This document shows, one piece after another, positions 37,105 through 50,400 of a stretch of 64,000 nucleotides of DNA (the first letter of the stretch is position 1; each line of letters starts with the position of its first letter). The position numbers and the translations under genes are program-made. The notes under the pieces are model-generated. The model worked only from the letters and a program-made list of their open reading frames with translations, was not told the DNA's origin and did not search any database. Source of the stretch: Botryllus schlosseri (taxonomy: Eukaryota); NCBI GenBank assembly GCA_051294905.1, contig CM119383.1, positions 21,514,001-21,578,000 of the forward strand, read 5' to 3'.

Positions 37105-39473
37105 CTGAAAAAGAGACCCGTCTAAGTGATTCTGAACCTTCAAAAACCGGAGGAAAACCTACGCTACTCTGCAAGTCGTCGAGAATTCTCAAATTTGCGC
37201 CGAGTCGAAAAAACGTACCACATCACACGTCCAACTACACATCTTATACGTTACTATAAATTACTGGTGAACAAAATTAACTGAGCGTCAACAACATTAA
37301 TAAAAGAACAAACAGTTATACTACGATTCTCACACAAAACGAATACATTATAGTGAATATTTCTTTGCGAAACAGTGTGAGATCTGCTCATTCTGCTGTT
37401 ACGTTTCAGAGACCAGTTCAGAACTGCGAGCCTTCACCGTAGAAAGAGTTATCGCATTGTTCGGTCGTAACAAAGTTCGTATTTTACTTCGATTACGACT
37501 GTAGCCTGTTATATTAATAAATGCCACGATGAAACGACGTATGTGCATTGTGCAGCCATATTTGATAAAAACTTGACAATGCTACATTGCAGTTATTCTT
37601 TGGTTTTGTTGCTTGCTATGCACAAAATTCCAACTTGTTTATCAAATTTCTAGACTACATATTGTTGTTGAAAAGCCTGCGCTATTGAATAAGGTATTAC
37701 GGCGTCTGACGAATTCCAACATTAAAATAAGGACCGACATAAGTATGTATCAGCCTCGCCATTATGAAATACCCCCATTCAAGGAAGTGAAAAGGGTTGT
37801 ACTTGAAGTAATTTATAAGTATCCCTTTATTTAAGTGTCTAAAAAAAGACTAGCGGTGCATGAAGGTTTGGTATTTGCTATCATCATTCAGTAATGTTTT
37901 ACTACACACCAGGACGCAAACGAGAATGATTCACAGGCGAAGATGAAACAAAATATGACCATCAGCCTTTGATGTCGACATAATGGCTGTGTATTGTGGT
38001 TGTGAGTACGGTATGTGATTACGTTCATCACGCGTCTGGAAAGCGTCGGCATCGTTGTTCGTAGATCCAAACACTGCGCATTACTGCGTGAAATATTTGA
38101 CCTGTCGAATTATATGCGGACACTTCAATCTATAAACGTTGGGTCAACTGTAGGATCGTGTCGTACACAACGCTGATTCAATGGTGTAATCATAGTTATA
38201 TCTAGCTAAAATTTCGTATCGTTGGCTATATAAACCAAAATTTTAAGTTTACATACGGAAACGAATGCGTACAGTACAACAGTTTACAGAAGTTAAGAGT
38301 TTGCTATGGTTTCTGATAGGGACATAAATTATTGTGAACGCATTGAAGTAGAAATAACTCTAACTTACAGATAGATGCGCAATCCGCATTGCGCGTGAAC
38401 TGGCTGAAAATCTAGATAATTGCGAACAATCCGAAAGCCGTCATTGTTATGGGCTTAACGTTACGGGGCTCCGATTGTTCTAATAAATAGCAATTTCAGT
38501 ATTTTCAGGGGAGTTCTGGGATGGTTGCAGTGCTCTTACATGATCATAATCAATATTTTCAGAGTCACAGTCTGACAGTAGCTTTTTCTCAAGGCTCCCT
38601 TTAATAAAATTTGCGCGAGGTTAGCAAGGTATACCATTACCATATTTGTTTACGAAGCTACCATAGATTGATGTTGCTCTATCCGTTTGCCAGGTCGTGC
38701 AGTGACGTATTTCGCATCTAATTGTGGATTAGTTATCTATAATTGCGCCGAACATGGGCCGATGACGTTGGTACGTACAATAAAGGGATTTTGTTATGCA
38801 CATCGCAATTGCAAAACTGTCGTCGTAATCAATGACGGTGCTTTGAGGTTTGCGTCAAAACATGTCATAATTTAGATTACAATTTGCGAATGACCGAGTT
38901 GAATACGAAAACTGCATGAAGTGAAGCCATTACGGATTTTGACGTCACGCAGAGTAACCGGTCAAATCTGTATTTTTTCAAGTTTTTGAACGCCCAAGAA
39001 AGATGACCATATTAAAAAAACCACAACTACGGTTAGGGTTACATTTGAAACAAATATGTTTAATACATGGCCCCTAATTGTTTAATATATGGTTTCATGG
39101 TATGGCGTCACGAACCCTATACGTGACGTCACCGTGAATTGACATTATAATCTGACTATATCTGTAGTGTAAGTCGTCAAACGGCTCATACCACATGTTG
39201 TTTGGACAGTATCGACACAATTTTGAACTAATTATACAATTTGCAAAACAAAAAGTTTTTATTAGAAATGGTATTGCTTGAAACACTTCTCATGGATCCC
39301 GAATTATGCGTCGCAAAAAAATATAGGATACAAATTTGGGCGGGACATCAAACTTGATTCACACCGATAACGGCCCGCCGTTTCAAATTGTATCATTCTA
39401 CTAGCGGTAATTGGATGTACATGTACATGAAACAGCCATTACTGGATTTCATAGCTTCATGAAAAGTACATAC

Positions 39474-39698
39474 CGCAAGGCGATCTCCTCACGACGGTAA
39501 TCTCTTGTGCGTTCATGCACGCTTGCCTGTGCAAATCGCATTCAGAACGATACGTCCTCTGGTCCGAACCGCAGACCAATTTAGGCGCCACGCCATCGCA
39601 CGAACGACACCTGCACCTAGCAGAGTTTTCGACTACCACGCATTCGGCAGAATTTCCGCAAGACATCGTGTCGCACAAGTCCACGTGAAGCACAGGCG
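39474..39698 (-). CDS. AGRN: Agrin exon, second follistatin domain (DLCDTMSC...VCGSDQRTYRSECDLHRQAC...SPC)
   Basis: catttcag acceptor, gtatgt donor, phase 1-1; 10 Cys. Confidence 0.93.
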
Positions 39699-41635
39699 CT
39701 GAAATGTGTCAGAAGATTACGAGCTTGAATTTTTGCTGATGAGCCGGTCTTAGCATGCATTGTAATGACTCGAGAACAGTGTCATGCTTAGACTCGAGTT
39801 GTAATTAAGTCACAATTTTTCGTGGACTGGACTTGACTCCAATCAAAACTATCAAAGTATGATCGATTTATGGATCAATCAACCACCATAGGAACAAAGG
39901 TGTCGAGGCCATTCCCATTAACGTATGAACTATAATTGACAGTAATAAGCAGGAACCATATACGAATAGTTTTGGATTGCTTCTCAAGCACTGTAGTGCG
40001 GACGCAATCGACTTGTCCAAAAAGTTTATCGAGAAAACACTCTAAAACAGAATCCCGTTCCGAAGCGGTTCTTCCGTCTGCACGTCCATTAAGACGTGAA
40101 TGTTATATCTACAAATAGTACAGCATCGACGAATAGACCACAATTTTGGTCTCTCTAGGAACGACAGATTACAATCGTCAAGAAGCAATTTAGGACGAAC
40201 GAGCGGAAGAACAAGCACAATTTCCTCGTCTCGCTCACAATGCGACCACAGGAACAGTACTGACTCTAGCAGCGCAAAGTGAAGCCTTGGATCTGGGCTG
40301 GCAGAAGAAATTTCAAGGTTTTGTACGAATGAAGAATAGCTGCTAATTATTTAGTTGATTGTGAAGAGAACGGCTAAAAAATTACAATGAACCGCTATTT
40401 AAAGTGGAACGTATACGTAAACGTATATAGAAACGGTTTGAACTTTTAAGATTCAGACGGAAATACATCGGTAATGAAATAGAATATGACATGTTTTACA
40501 ATAGCAAGCGCATTCCGGTCGGAGCAATAAACACATTCCACGGTGGACAGTAAAACAAGGTCGATATACACGCCCTGGTGCAAAATCAACAGCTGTCAAA
40601 CTGAATGGCCCACTTGAAGGTTCTATAGCAAGACTGTATTCACGCACAGTATAGATGCATATAAGCGCTATCAACGAATGACTCAACGCTAAAAGTCATG
40701 TCTGCACACCCAATGAAAGAAGACGGAAAATAGAGGGAGATGGAGCGCGAAAAAACAGAAGACAAGGGTTGTAGTTCGGCAACTCATATAGCATGAAAAA
40801 TTAGTTCAACAAATTAACCCTGTATGTATGTATTACATTGGAAGTGTCACAGAAGTGCTTATCGCTTGCGAAAAGGGCTTACACGTCGCAGATCAAAAAC
40901 TAAAGCATGATGTTCTTTCCACCAAAATATACGTATTTCTGCTAAATTGAATCAGACGCCAACATGGCCTACGCAGTACGCACAGCGGAAAATAGATCCA
41001 TATCGTTTCCACTACAGAATAAATGATATCCCAAATTGATGGCCATGCATCGCAGAGTCGCTCTTGATTGAATCAAATACGTTAAGTTTATTCGGTGTCA
41101 ATAACCTAATTTATATAATAAGAGTACTCTATAATAATGGATGGGTGCGATATTGCTTCGGATATATTCGAGCTCAATACATGATTAGTTGATTGTTCTG
41201 TTCTCCAATGCACCTAATCACTCTAATATATGATCCCTAAAATATGGAGATGCCAGAGGAAATTGCCAAGAACAATAAAGTCAGTAAATCAGAAGGAATC
41301 CTACGATATCGTCTACACACAACTAAACATGAACCATATCTACCCATTGCGACTATTTATTCAACTCACGAAGTGCATGGCTCATACGTGAGGGAAATGC
41401 GATCACATATCGGTTGCTGACGCCATGAAAGATCCTAGATTTGCAAAAGTCTGAATTCACGTCTGCGCCTTTGCAAATCGAAGCTGGGCAAATAAGAACA
41501 CCCACGGAATTCAAGTGCAAATAAGACACAGAAATATAGCAAACAGACGTTATGCGTTTATGGTACAGATAAGTATTTAGCGAAATTGACTCGTGCGTCT
41601 TGAAGCTCCGTGTAATTCGACAACACGCTCTTTAT

Positions 41636-42119
41636 TAGGGCTGGGCACAATGATTCGAGTACTCGAATCTGAATCGAGTAACAATTTTAATGATTCAAGT
41701 CGAGTAGTAAAAGACAATTTATTCGAGTATAGAAATTATACGCTTCTCGCCTCTGAAAGTTAATTTATCAACACCGTGGAAGCCTTGAAACCTTGATTGG
41801 CGGTATCGTAGCATACGAAATATATAGTACAAAGCTACGAAGGTTACTGAGCGTAGCACATTTTCGAAGTCACGATTATCCCACAACATTTTCACCAAGT
41901 GAAATGAAATCGGTATGACCGAAAAATACCAAAGTATCATGAGATGGATAAAAGACACTTTATTCTTCGTGGCGGCATACACGGTACATATTTGAACTTT
42001 GACGAATTACATTCTGTTATGGCGTCATAATGAGTGATACTCGATTACTCGACTCGACTCGAAGCAGATTACGTGATTCAGGATCGAATCACTCAAGTAC
42101 TCGGTTTTGCCCAGACCTA
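41636..42119. mobile_element. hAT-type MITE (TAGGGCTGGGC family)
   Basis: TIRs tagggctgggc / gcccagaccta; TSD ctctttat / ctctgtat (7/8); shares gattcgagtactcgaatctgaatcgagta with 6024-6510. Partial copies near 51160 and 55720-55860. Confidence 0.86.
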
Positions 42120-43724
42120 CTCTGTATAATATACGTTTATGGTTCGCAGTTACATGGCAGTTACAAGTAAGCCCTGCTTATGAGGACAACGATTTCATGC
42201 AATCCTATCAAGTATCGGTGGAAGATGTTATAAATATAGGCCTATTTATTTCAATATACGAAGATAATCATAACAGTGCCATCAGATCTAGCATATCCCA
42301 ATTCAAATATAAATGAACATTGTGTATTTTGACGATTATCACCCTAAATTGTGTTTTCACGCCCGTCCAATTGGTGATATTGTGTACAATACACCAATTC
42401 TTATGGAGACAAATCCCCGGGGCTGTAGTGGGTTCTGTTGTCGTGTACCAGCTCAAGAAATCTCAAAAGAGTGGTATACGCGTGAACAGTACCCAGTACC
42501 CACTGTACCCCTGGAATATACTATAAATAGGGGTGGTGTTCTTGGCTCATTTTCGCCGATTGAAATGGGTATGAAACCACAATTTAGTACTTGAAAGGGC
42601 CGTTTACCTGATTTACACCCATTCCAATAGATGAAAATAAGCCAAACATGGATGAAATCAGATAAATACATCTAATTTCCCCCCATGGATATTGGATATA
42701 GCCTACCGTTTAGTTTCAATAAAATTATACAGTATATCCGAATCCAACTTCATGCTTATTTCCTTCATTGATACACCGGGTTTGAAAGCGTTATTGCACT
42801 CATTGCTATTTCGTGTACAGTAATGGTAGACTATATATTTTGAAAAATACCTAATTTTGTACAATAAGATGTTAGATGTATATTATTGATATCAGCAGAT
42901 ATAGATGACCTTTACGGCCGAGTAAAACAGCACACCACACATTGAATAACATGATCGGCCTTTCGTAATATTGTTTTGGTTCGGTGAAAGGCTTAATCGT
43001 GTCAAGGCATATTATATAAGATTCATGTACGATGCACGGGTTCGTCGCGAGGCAAGTTCATAACTCTCAGAAATTCAAGCAAGTAACGCCAAATATATCG
43101 ATTCGGGACCATCGTTTGATTTGTTTCCATTGATGTGAACTTGGTCCATGACCGCTGTTTAGAAGGTTGTGAACATCAATGGCAATGAAATTCAAACGTT
43201 CATCGTCAAATTTTATGGCGACACTTAACGTGGTGGGTCGATCAGCGATATCTCCAACCAATACAATGATTGAATACACTGCGTGATACTAATTACAATA
43301 GCGACAGAAATGAATAATAATTAGGGGTCGTCGTAAGGCGCGAAAATGCACATTGCACAAAATCCATTACATCGTTAGCGTTATGCGTCATATATACGGA
43401 ACGGAAGCGTACCGTTCGACCATTGCCTTCGTAACTGGTTACATTCATCAGTGTTTTCGTCCTAATCCACTCTGATTCGAATACAAAAGAAAATTTGAAC
43501 AGCTTCTTGGAGGTACAGAACTTCAATATGCAATTGAATAGTCATATTTTGTTATACGATTGTTGATATGCAATGTTTTTTTGAATTCTTTACTAGTTGC
43601 TGACGATTACGCATGACGAGTGTCAGCCGAAAATATCCTGGCTCATTTCAATATGAATGTACTATTCAAGAGATAATTTGCAGTCACGCGCCAATGGGAA
43701 GCTAATTTTACTGCTTAGAGTCAG

Positions 43725-44169
43725 ACTTGTACAAGTTGGATTTTTAAAATCCGCATTGCGCAATTTGAGCTAGAGATGAACTACTCACTTTCCAGCACTG
43801 GCAACTAAAACAATACCAAATCTTTACAAATCCGCAACTAATTAACTAAAATACAGCTACATAGACTTAATTCAGAAGCAACTCAATAATTTTATCGCGG
43901 TGTTTTGAGTGCGTTGAATTTCGAGTTTGAGCTCGATCAACCTGCCTACGCCACTGTTGGTATAGTATTGACTCTGATCTAGCAATGACTGCACGAACAC
44001 CACGCAACAGAACACCAGAATCGCGATTCCCAGATTTTATAGTTGTATCGCAACTATTTTTTCAATTTGCAACTAGACGTAGACCACTTATCAGAATCCG
44101 CAATTAGAACTAGTTCAAAAACCAGTACTAGTTGACCGTCAACTAACTAAATTGGTAGTTTGTACAAGT
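43725..44169. repeat. Interspersed repeat/MITE-like element with short inverted ends
   Basis: acttgtacaa / ttgtacaagt ends; the 44045-44169 part is also present at about 14875-15012; related pieces near 38380 and 55020. Confidence 0.5.
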
Positions 44170-44300
44170 GTTTTGCAAGTCTCATATCTCGACTCGACTT
44201 CTCCCAGTCAGAGCAAAATCTGAAGTAAACACATTGGCGCTTATAGAGGTAACTGGTAGGCTAACGTTAAACAGAGATAGACACGCATCAGCAGACTTAC

Positions 44301-44513
44301 CGCAAGCCTGTCTCGACACCACTCTTATCCTCTTCTGCCACCAGCACTGCGCCACTTCAAGCACCCTCTCGCAATGATAAGTAAGTCCATCGGAGCCACA
44401 CACGGGCGCGGTAACATTACCGCAGCTCGCAATGGGACAGACGCAAGTAGCAGAGCCGTTGACGGCGGTCTCGCATTTGCCCCCGAAGCCGCACCACACG
44501 AACAAGCAAGGAT
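44301..44513 (-). CDS. AGRN: Agrin exon, first follistatin domain (DPCLFVWCGFGGKC...APVCGSDGLTY...AQCWWQKRIRVVSRQAC)
   Basis: tttctcgcag acceptor, gtaagt donor, phase 1-1; most similar to vertebrate agrin FS1 (CGFGAVC...AQC..QRRIR..SRGPC). Confidence 0.94.
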
Positions 44514-44607
44514 CTGCGAGAAATTCAAGATGAGTAATTCGATTATCGAAGCGAGGGTTGATTTCCGTTTGGTTACGGATCACAGGAGAGATGTAAGGAA
44601 ATATCAC

Positions 44608-44643
44608 CTGCTGCTTTCTTGGGAGCTTCTTCGATCTTAATCC
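44608..44643 (-). CDS. AGRN: Agrin 36-nt linker exon before FS1 (xIKIEEAPKKAA)
   Basis: gtcttttgcag acceptor, CAG/gtgata donor, phase 1-1, 94-bp intron to FS1; positionally like the short Pro-rich linker preceding FS1 in vertebrates. Confidence 0.62.
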
Positions 44644-45063
44644 CTGCAAAAGACGGACAAGTGTCAGGCTCTTGTTGTTTTTATTCATTCATGCAGTTCC
44701 GACTACGCTGATCATTTTACACCAGCCCTATATTCTATATTACTAATCCACATCTGCTGACTCGTAGCACGACATACTCTATGGATTTTTAGTTCACTGC
44801 TGTAATGTCACGTGGTCACGAATACAGGCTGCAACTATGGGACTCTGGACAATGATTAGAGCACTGTAATCTGAGCTGAGTATTAATTCCGATGATTCGA
44901 GAAGCGTAGCGAAATATGTTTTTTCGGGTATTCAAATGATACGCCCCTTTTTTATAAGAGTTAATTTTATCAACGAGAATTATAGTTTTGATAGTATTTT
45001 ACACTCTGGAAGCCTCGAAGCCTCGATTGGTCGTATCGCGGAATACGGAACATTTAGTACAAA

Positions 45064-45545
45064 TAGGGTTGCATTGCAATCAAATGGTTGTTTTAATCAG
45101 GTTTTAAACAAATACCTTTAAAAAATATGTTTTTTAACTTGTATACTTTCAGAAAATCGTGTTGTATGAGCCTACGGAGTGCGGACGATTACCACCCGAT
45201 ATAGCCGACGTACGCGATATGGGATGGTTGGAACCCTCGAAATAATCGGTTCAATAGCTATAGTGTACGCAGATATAGATCATTGGTACGGAGTGAATGT
45301 TCTGATCATGGTGACCGCCGATCGTAAAAACACTGCATGACGATGTATAACATGGTTTGGAAGCCTATTTCGTTGAAGGAGCTGTTTTGCACAAAATTTT
45401 TCAATTGTCAATGTCTATTCACGATGGCGTCAAAATTAAAGATTCGTGATGTCAAGACTTGAGAAAAATTGAAAACATGTTTTAAACAAGGGTCTTGTTT
45501 TAAACATGTTTGTTTTAAATTGATTTTGCTTTAAATGCAAACCTA
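45064..45545. mobile_element. hAT-type MITE (TAGGGTTGCAT family)
   Basis: TIRs tagggttgcat / atgcaaaccta; TSD agtacaaa / agtaccaa (7/8); inverted copy at 61449-61905. Confidence 0.86.
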
Positions 45546-45589
45546 AGTACCAAGATAACCGCGTTAGTGGAAATGAAATATATGCGCAT

Positions 45590-45934
45590 TATGGCTGTTC
45601 AAACATGACTTTTTTTCTCAAATCGTGCTGGTTACTTGATAAAATTGTTAGGTTACCTGAATTAAGCCTACACACAAAATTTGGTTCAATTCCAGCCAGT
45701 AACCGCTATGCTACAGGAGAAGAAAGTTTCTATTTGTTTTATAAAAATAAATAATAAAAAATTTGAAAATTTTCTGATCACCCCATGAAAGTGTTAGGCT
45801 GTTTATAGAAACGACCCTCACTAAATGGTTGGAATTGAACCAAATTTGGTGTGTAGGCATAAATTAGGTAACCTAACAATTTTATCAAGTAGCCAGTACG
45901 ATTTGAGAAAAAAAGTCGTTTTTGAAGAGCCCTA
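45590..45934. mobile_element. hAT-type MITE with ~120-bp TIRs (hairpin)
   Basis: Arms about 45590-45700 and 45825-45934 are inverted copies; perfect 8-bp TSD atgcgcat. Confidence 0.9.
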
Positions 45935-45997
45935 ATGCGCATTCGTGATGATCTCACATCATCGTCACAAATGCAATGAAATAGGCGTACCGTCGAT

Positions 45998-46494
45998 CAC
46001 TGGCGTAGCAGCATGTGCTGCCGCCCCCGGCGCTCTTGAAAATGCCGCCCCCTAGGTAGACCTCATCAAATTTCGACATAGATTGATGTTCAGCAAGTAA
46101 TCTTGTCAATAGGAATAATTACAAATAATATGCCGCTTCTCAGCTTCACCGTCTCGACGTTAATGACGCCGAAAATAATAAAAACAAGAAATAGCGAACG
46201 AATGTATTGTACAAATAGAAAATCAATGGCCGCCTCAAAGCAAAAGCAGCTATAACATCCTCAAATACAAGTTTTTGAACGTAGTCTCTTTCTATAGACA
46301 GAATGGATGGAGCTGATAGCCGATCATTATTCATGAATCATGATAGAACTAAATATATAAGACCAGGGGCGTATTTAGGGGGGGGTAATGGGTGTCCGGC
46401 ATCTCTCTCACTGTGCAGCCTCATTTTGCCGCCCCCTTGGAGCCTGCCGCCCCTGGCGCAGAGCCAGAACCGCCAGGTGGCTGCTACGCCACTG
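45998..46494. mobile_element. hAT-type MITE (CAGTGGCGTAGC family)
   Basis: TIRs cactggcgtagcagc / gctgctacgccactg; perfect 8-bp TSD ccgtcgat; gccgccccc subterminal repeats. Confidence 0.9.
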
Positions 46495-47036
46495 CCGTCG
46501 ATAAAATACCCACCACCCAGACATCTTTAATGCGGGGTGAAGTCAAACTGTCATTATTGTCCTCGTGGTGGCATAAAAGATGCATATTCGAACCTTCCAG
46601 TTTCCACATCATTGATGCTCTTGTGATGTCATAACGAGTGATACTCGAAGCTTATTATTCGATGCACAATCGAATCGCTCATGCCCTCGAATTTTCTCAG
46701 CACTAGTTTCAACAAACACTATCGCAATTGTAAATATATTAAGATCAAGGCATCGCGCAGTATGCACGCGTTAAATCAACGAAATGAAGATTTCGGCGAT
46801 CTGCTACAAAATACTAGAGGAGTTGTAATAACATATGCGTCTACTCGGGACCCCAGTTTACCGATAGCCAACTACGTCGAGATTACGTCTCCGTTTAAGA
46901 ACCGCAGGGTTCTTTCAGTTCAGGCACCGTTTTCCGATTGTAATCACCAGACACAAATACTCAAAAGCTTTATTCCTACAAGCTCGCACCAGCTAACCGT
47001 AAATCCGCAAACAACTCGAACTAGGATGATTACAAT

Positions 47037-47449
47037 TAGAACCTGACCGATATCGGATTTTGGTCCGACGCCGATCAAATCGATAACTGGCTCCTTCACC
47101 GATGACCCCGATCTATCTGGCCTTCAAAAGATAACATATCTAGCTTAAGGCGCATTTCCAAACTTCACAGCATTTATTAAAACAACTTCACAGTACCCGC
47201 GATGGGTGGACAATCTGGACATGAAATAAACCAGAAATGCCTCATCTGGACACCTGTAGGGGCTGTAGGCTATAAGAAATCGATCAATATATATAGCGTA
47301 GCAGTCGTAGATTTAAGTTTTATCCCTATACTGTGTCATATTGTGACGTTCCAGAAATTGCCGCTATGTTTCCCTCCACTGGCCGATACCGATATTTATT
47401 TCAACGTGGGATATCGATTATCGGCGAGCCAATATTCGGTGGAGCTCTA
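47037..47449. mobile_element. Probable hAT-type MITE (TAGAG...ccgata family)
   Basis: Ends tagaacctgaccgatat / attcggtggagctcta with ccgata/tatcgg motifs; related 3' ends near 7270-7370 and 63570-63660. No TSD recognised. Confidence 0.5.
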
Positions 47450-50400
47450 GTAATGATGACGTTATGAGCAACAATTGCCAAACAATTAGAAGCGGAGTGT
47501 GGGAATCGCTACTGTAACAACGGGCGGATCGGGTGTGTGTTCTCAGATACAGTCTACTTGACAGCCTGGGAAAACAGGTAGGATTTTCTGACAAAATCAT
47601 GTCGACACAACTCGGAACAAAACCAGTGGGTAATCGGAAACTCCGAGAGATATATCTACAATCAACTGGGCTTGGTTTCGTGTTCAGATTTGGCTATCTC
47701 GGCCGACGACCCGTCATGCGATTATAGAATGAATCGGAATCTGAAATAACCCTGTTCTAATCTGTTCATTTGGATTTAAACGCGCGATGTTGTCGACTAG
47801 ACGCTAACTCTAGTTCAAAAAGACGTGCACACGTGAAAAATAGGTGTATTTTTTCACCATAGCATAGAATGGAAATCAAGTAAACGGTTTATACGGGTCA
47901 TCTTAACATTTTGTAAGGGTCTAAAAGCACAATTTTGTACTAGAAACTGAAGTTTGCCTGAATGACACATCTTACGGTAGGGTGAAAATCGCCGATAGAC
48001 AAGATCAATTTAATTGTCACGCGTAGCAAGAGGCACACGTCATGATCGGCTCTACGTTTTACTAAAGGAAAATCCGAAGCCCGTAGCTAAGACCGATAGC
48101 ACCTTACTCGGTTATTGAAGAGCGACCAGGTGCTAATGCTAATGGTACTTGAAAATGCAAGTATTCAATTTTGTGGTGTGGGAAAAGTTGACGCATTTCG
48201 TATATAGCCCATATATAGGTAGCAAACATATGAAAATGTTCGTATATCTACAAAAATCCAATACGAATTCAACAATTCGAGGTGCGCGTCGATCAGTCCA
48301 GTGCCGCTAAACGGTAATCCACCGGAAATGGACAATAATTGTGAACTTCCCAATCAATTTGGAATTACGTTACACCGATGAATTTTCGGAATAATCACGC
48401 ACACACCGACATTATAGTATTCCATTCTAACCAAGCCTACTGAGTGAAGCTGAAGCGCTTAGTACGCCCACAAGCAAGTTTCGAGCAACGAAAAGCCGTA
48501 AACGTCTTAAGAATAGCGTTAAATTGCAAATCTTTATAATCCGATAATGCTGAATTGGGCTTGCGGCCCTCACAAGCCGCTAAGTTACATATACATATAT
48601 GACGTCCATATGTGCATGTGAAAAGTTTAAACATGTACCTTTCAGGTGACCACAAAGAACATAATGCCAATTCTACAACACATCAAAGATGATTTCGCAA
48701 TTTTTGCAACCACGACTCTCCCATTGCGCTTGTGACAAGGCGACTGTACGCGGAACGCTTCCTACTATAAATATGGCTATGATCGCAACATATATGACCC
48801 AAAATTGAGAAGCAGATGTTTAATGAACATATGACGCCCGGCCTCGTCATTTCTATCTCGCGTCGCAGCTCATCTTCAAGTTATTCTGGAATAGGGGTTA
48901 TGTATATCACAGGATAAAATGGATTTTTGCAAACAATTTTTTTCCAAAACCCCAACAAAACATCTCTAATCACAGCGATCAGTAGGCTATTGGCCATTTG
49001 GCGATTGAAATGAGTTTGCACAGTAGAATATTTCATCACAGACGGGAATTCTGCTTATGTGAATAATATAGTTCTAGCTCTTAGGAAGCGAGTCTTCCTT
49101 GTGATTTCTTTCATTTAAAGAATACGACTCAGGTTATCAACCATTTTGCAAATTATTGGAGGTTTCGCGGACCCCTGAAAATGCTTCGTAGACCCCGTTG
49201 AGAACCGCTGCATTAAGATTAATACTAAATTCATATTTGAGTGGTCGAACCATTGTGTCCGGAGTTAGTGATGATAGCAAATCGAAATAGTATTTTTGTT
49301 CAAAAAATATTTTTACAGATTATCTATATTTGACATCGCATTTCAACAAATGTTAAACGCACAATCACGTCATAGTCAACGTCCCAATAGCGAATCTGTT
49401 GATTTGGCCCGCGTAAAATAATCCTCAATGTGTCACCGACCATCTGTCAAAAGCGCGCGGAGGAACGGATAGGTCAAAGTGATCAAGTCAAGAGCGATGA
49501 CCTTGAACGTTGCATACAGAAACAAAGTACGTGCCGGCGTCACACTCCATGAAAATATCCTCCAGTTGTTATGATATATGTATTCTACTGTTTCGCGAAA
49601 GGGGTGTTTTGTTATCTATATATATATCATATATCTTTGATGGAGAAGCATTGTAACTAGTAAAGACAACATATTGCTGCTTAACAGACACTTGCATTCT
49701 ATCCTAATGCCATTTCTGTAACGGTGGAATCATATCTGATCCGAAGTTGTTTCTGATTTGAATCCCACTAAAATTCAGAATGCTAACAGTAACGTTAACG
49801 GTACAGCTGTCACAATTATCCTAACTGCGTGGAAATCGATACCTTGAGTCGAAACTCCGTGGCCAAAATGAAAGTCATACTTATCATATTGATATAAATT
49901 GTTCTTTTCAATTCATTATTTGTTGCTGACGATTTCCCCATACCTATGTCCGCCTAAAATATTCAGGTTTATTTGAATACGAATGTCCTATCCAGTTGCA
50001 TACCAAAATTTATAGTTCATCGAAAATCAGATCGAAGCCTATTTTGTGATCACGCACCAAATTACCGCATAGAAAATCAAAAGTCTCCGAGACTCATTAC
50101 TTATTCATTTCGATCCAAGTATTTTTGGTGCCCCACTAACTGACAGTTGTACAACTGATCGTTATCCTGTTAGGGTTAACCACAGTACGATTCAAGATTT
50201 ATAAATATGTATGACATGTAAGTGCGATATCGTGCCTCTTTGACGTCATAAATGATACGAAGTATTGGAGTTCGATATTCAAACTGCAAACGGCGCGCGG
50301 CGACCACGTCAATATATAGGCAAGGAGAAACCAAAATCTAATTCAAACAGTTTCGGTCAGTGATGGATTTCCAAACAGCCAGGATGTGTCGGAAATACTT

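Larger units (their letters stand above)
202..44643 (-). other. AGRN: Agrin gene (partial, multi-exon; 5' end not identified, 3' end continues beyond position 1)
   Basis: 29 exons with GT(GC)-AG boundaries join in frame with consistent phases. The order follistatin/Kazal repeats, two laminin-EGF, follistatin, Ser/Thr, SEA, laminin G is diagnostic of agrin. Close motif matches to vertebrate agrin as I recall it, e.g. FGCCDDDITPA...GCP vs YGCCQDNITAA...GCP; RFDTGSG; NLDTPLFIGG. Confidence 0.95.

Noticed and set aside
37888-38070. ORF with a hydrophobic stretch (LMVIFCFIFACESFSF) as a possible alternative membrane-anchor first exon
   Set aside because: No convincing phase-1 donor to join the FS exon at 37104.
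39900-40310. Long minus-strand frame with one stop and a hydrophobic segment just upstream of the FS2 exon
   Set aside because: No start, donor or recognisable domain.
42107-42671. Cluster of overlapping 60-93 aa ORFs on both strands
   Set aside because: No identifiable homology; may be a decayed insertion but unsupported.
44182-44688. 168-aa ORF starting MNKNNKS as a possible single-exon N-terminus
   Set aside because: No signal peptide or TM segment; better explained by the 36-nt exon, 94-bp intron and FS1 exon.
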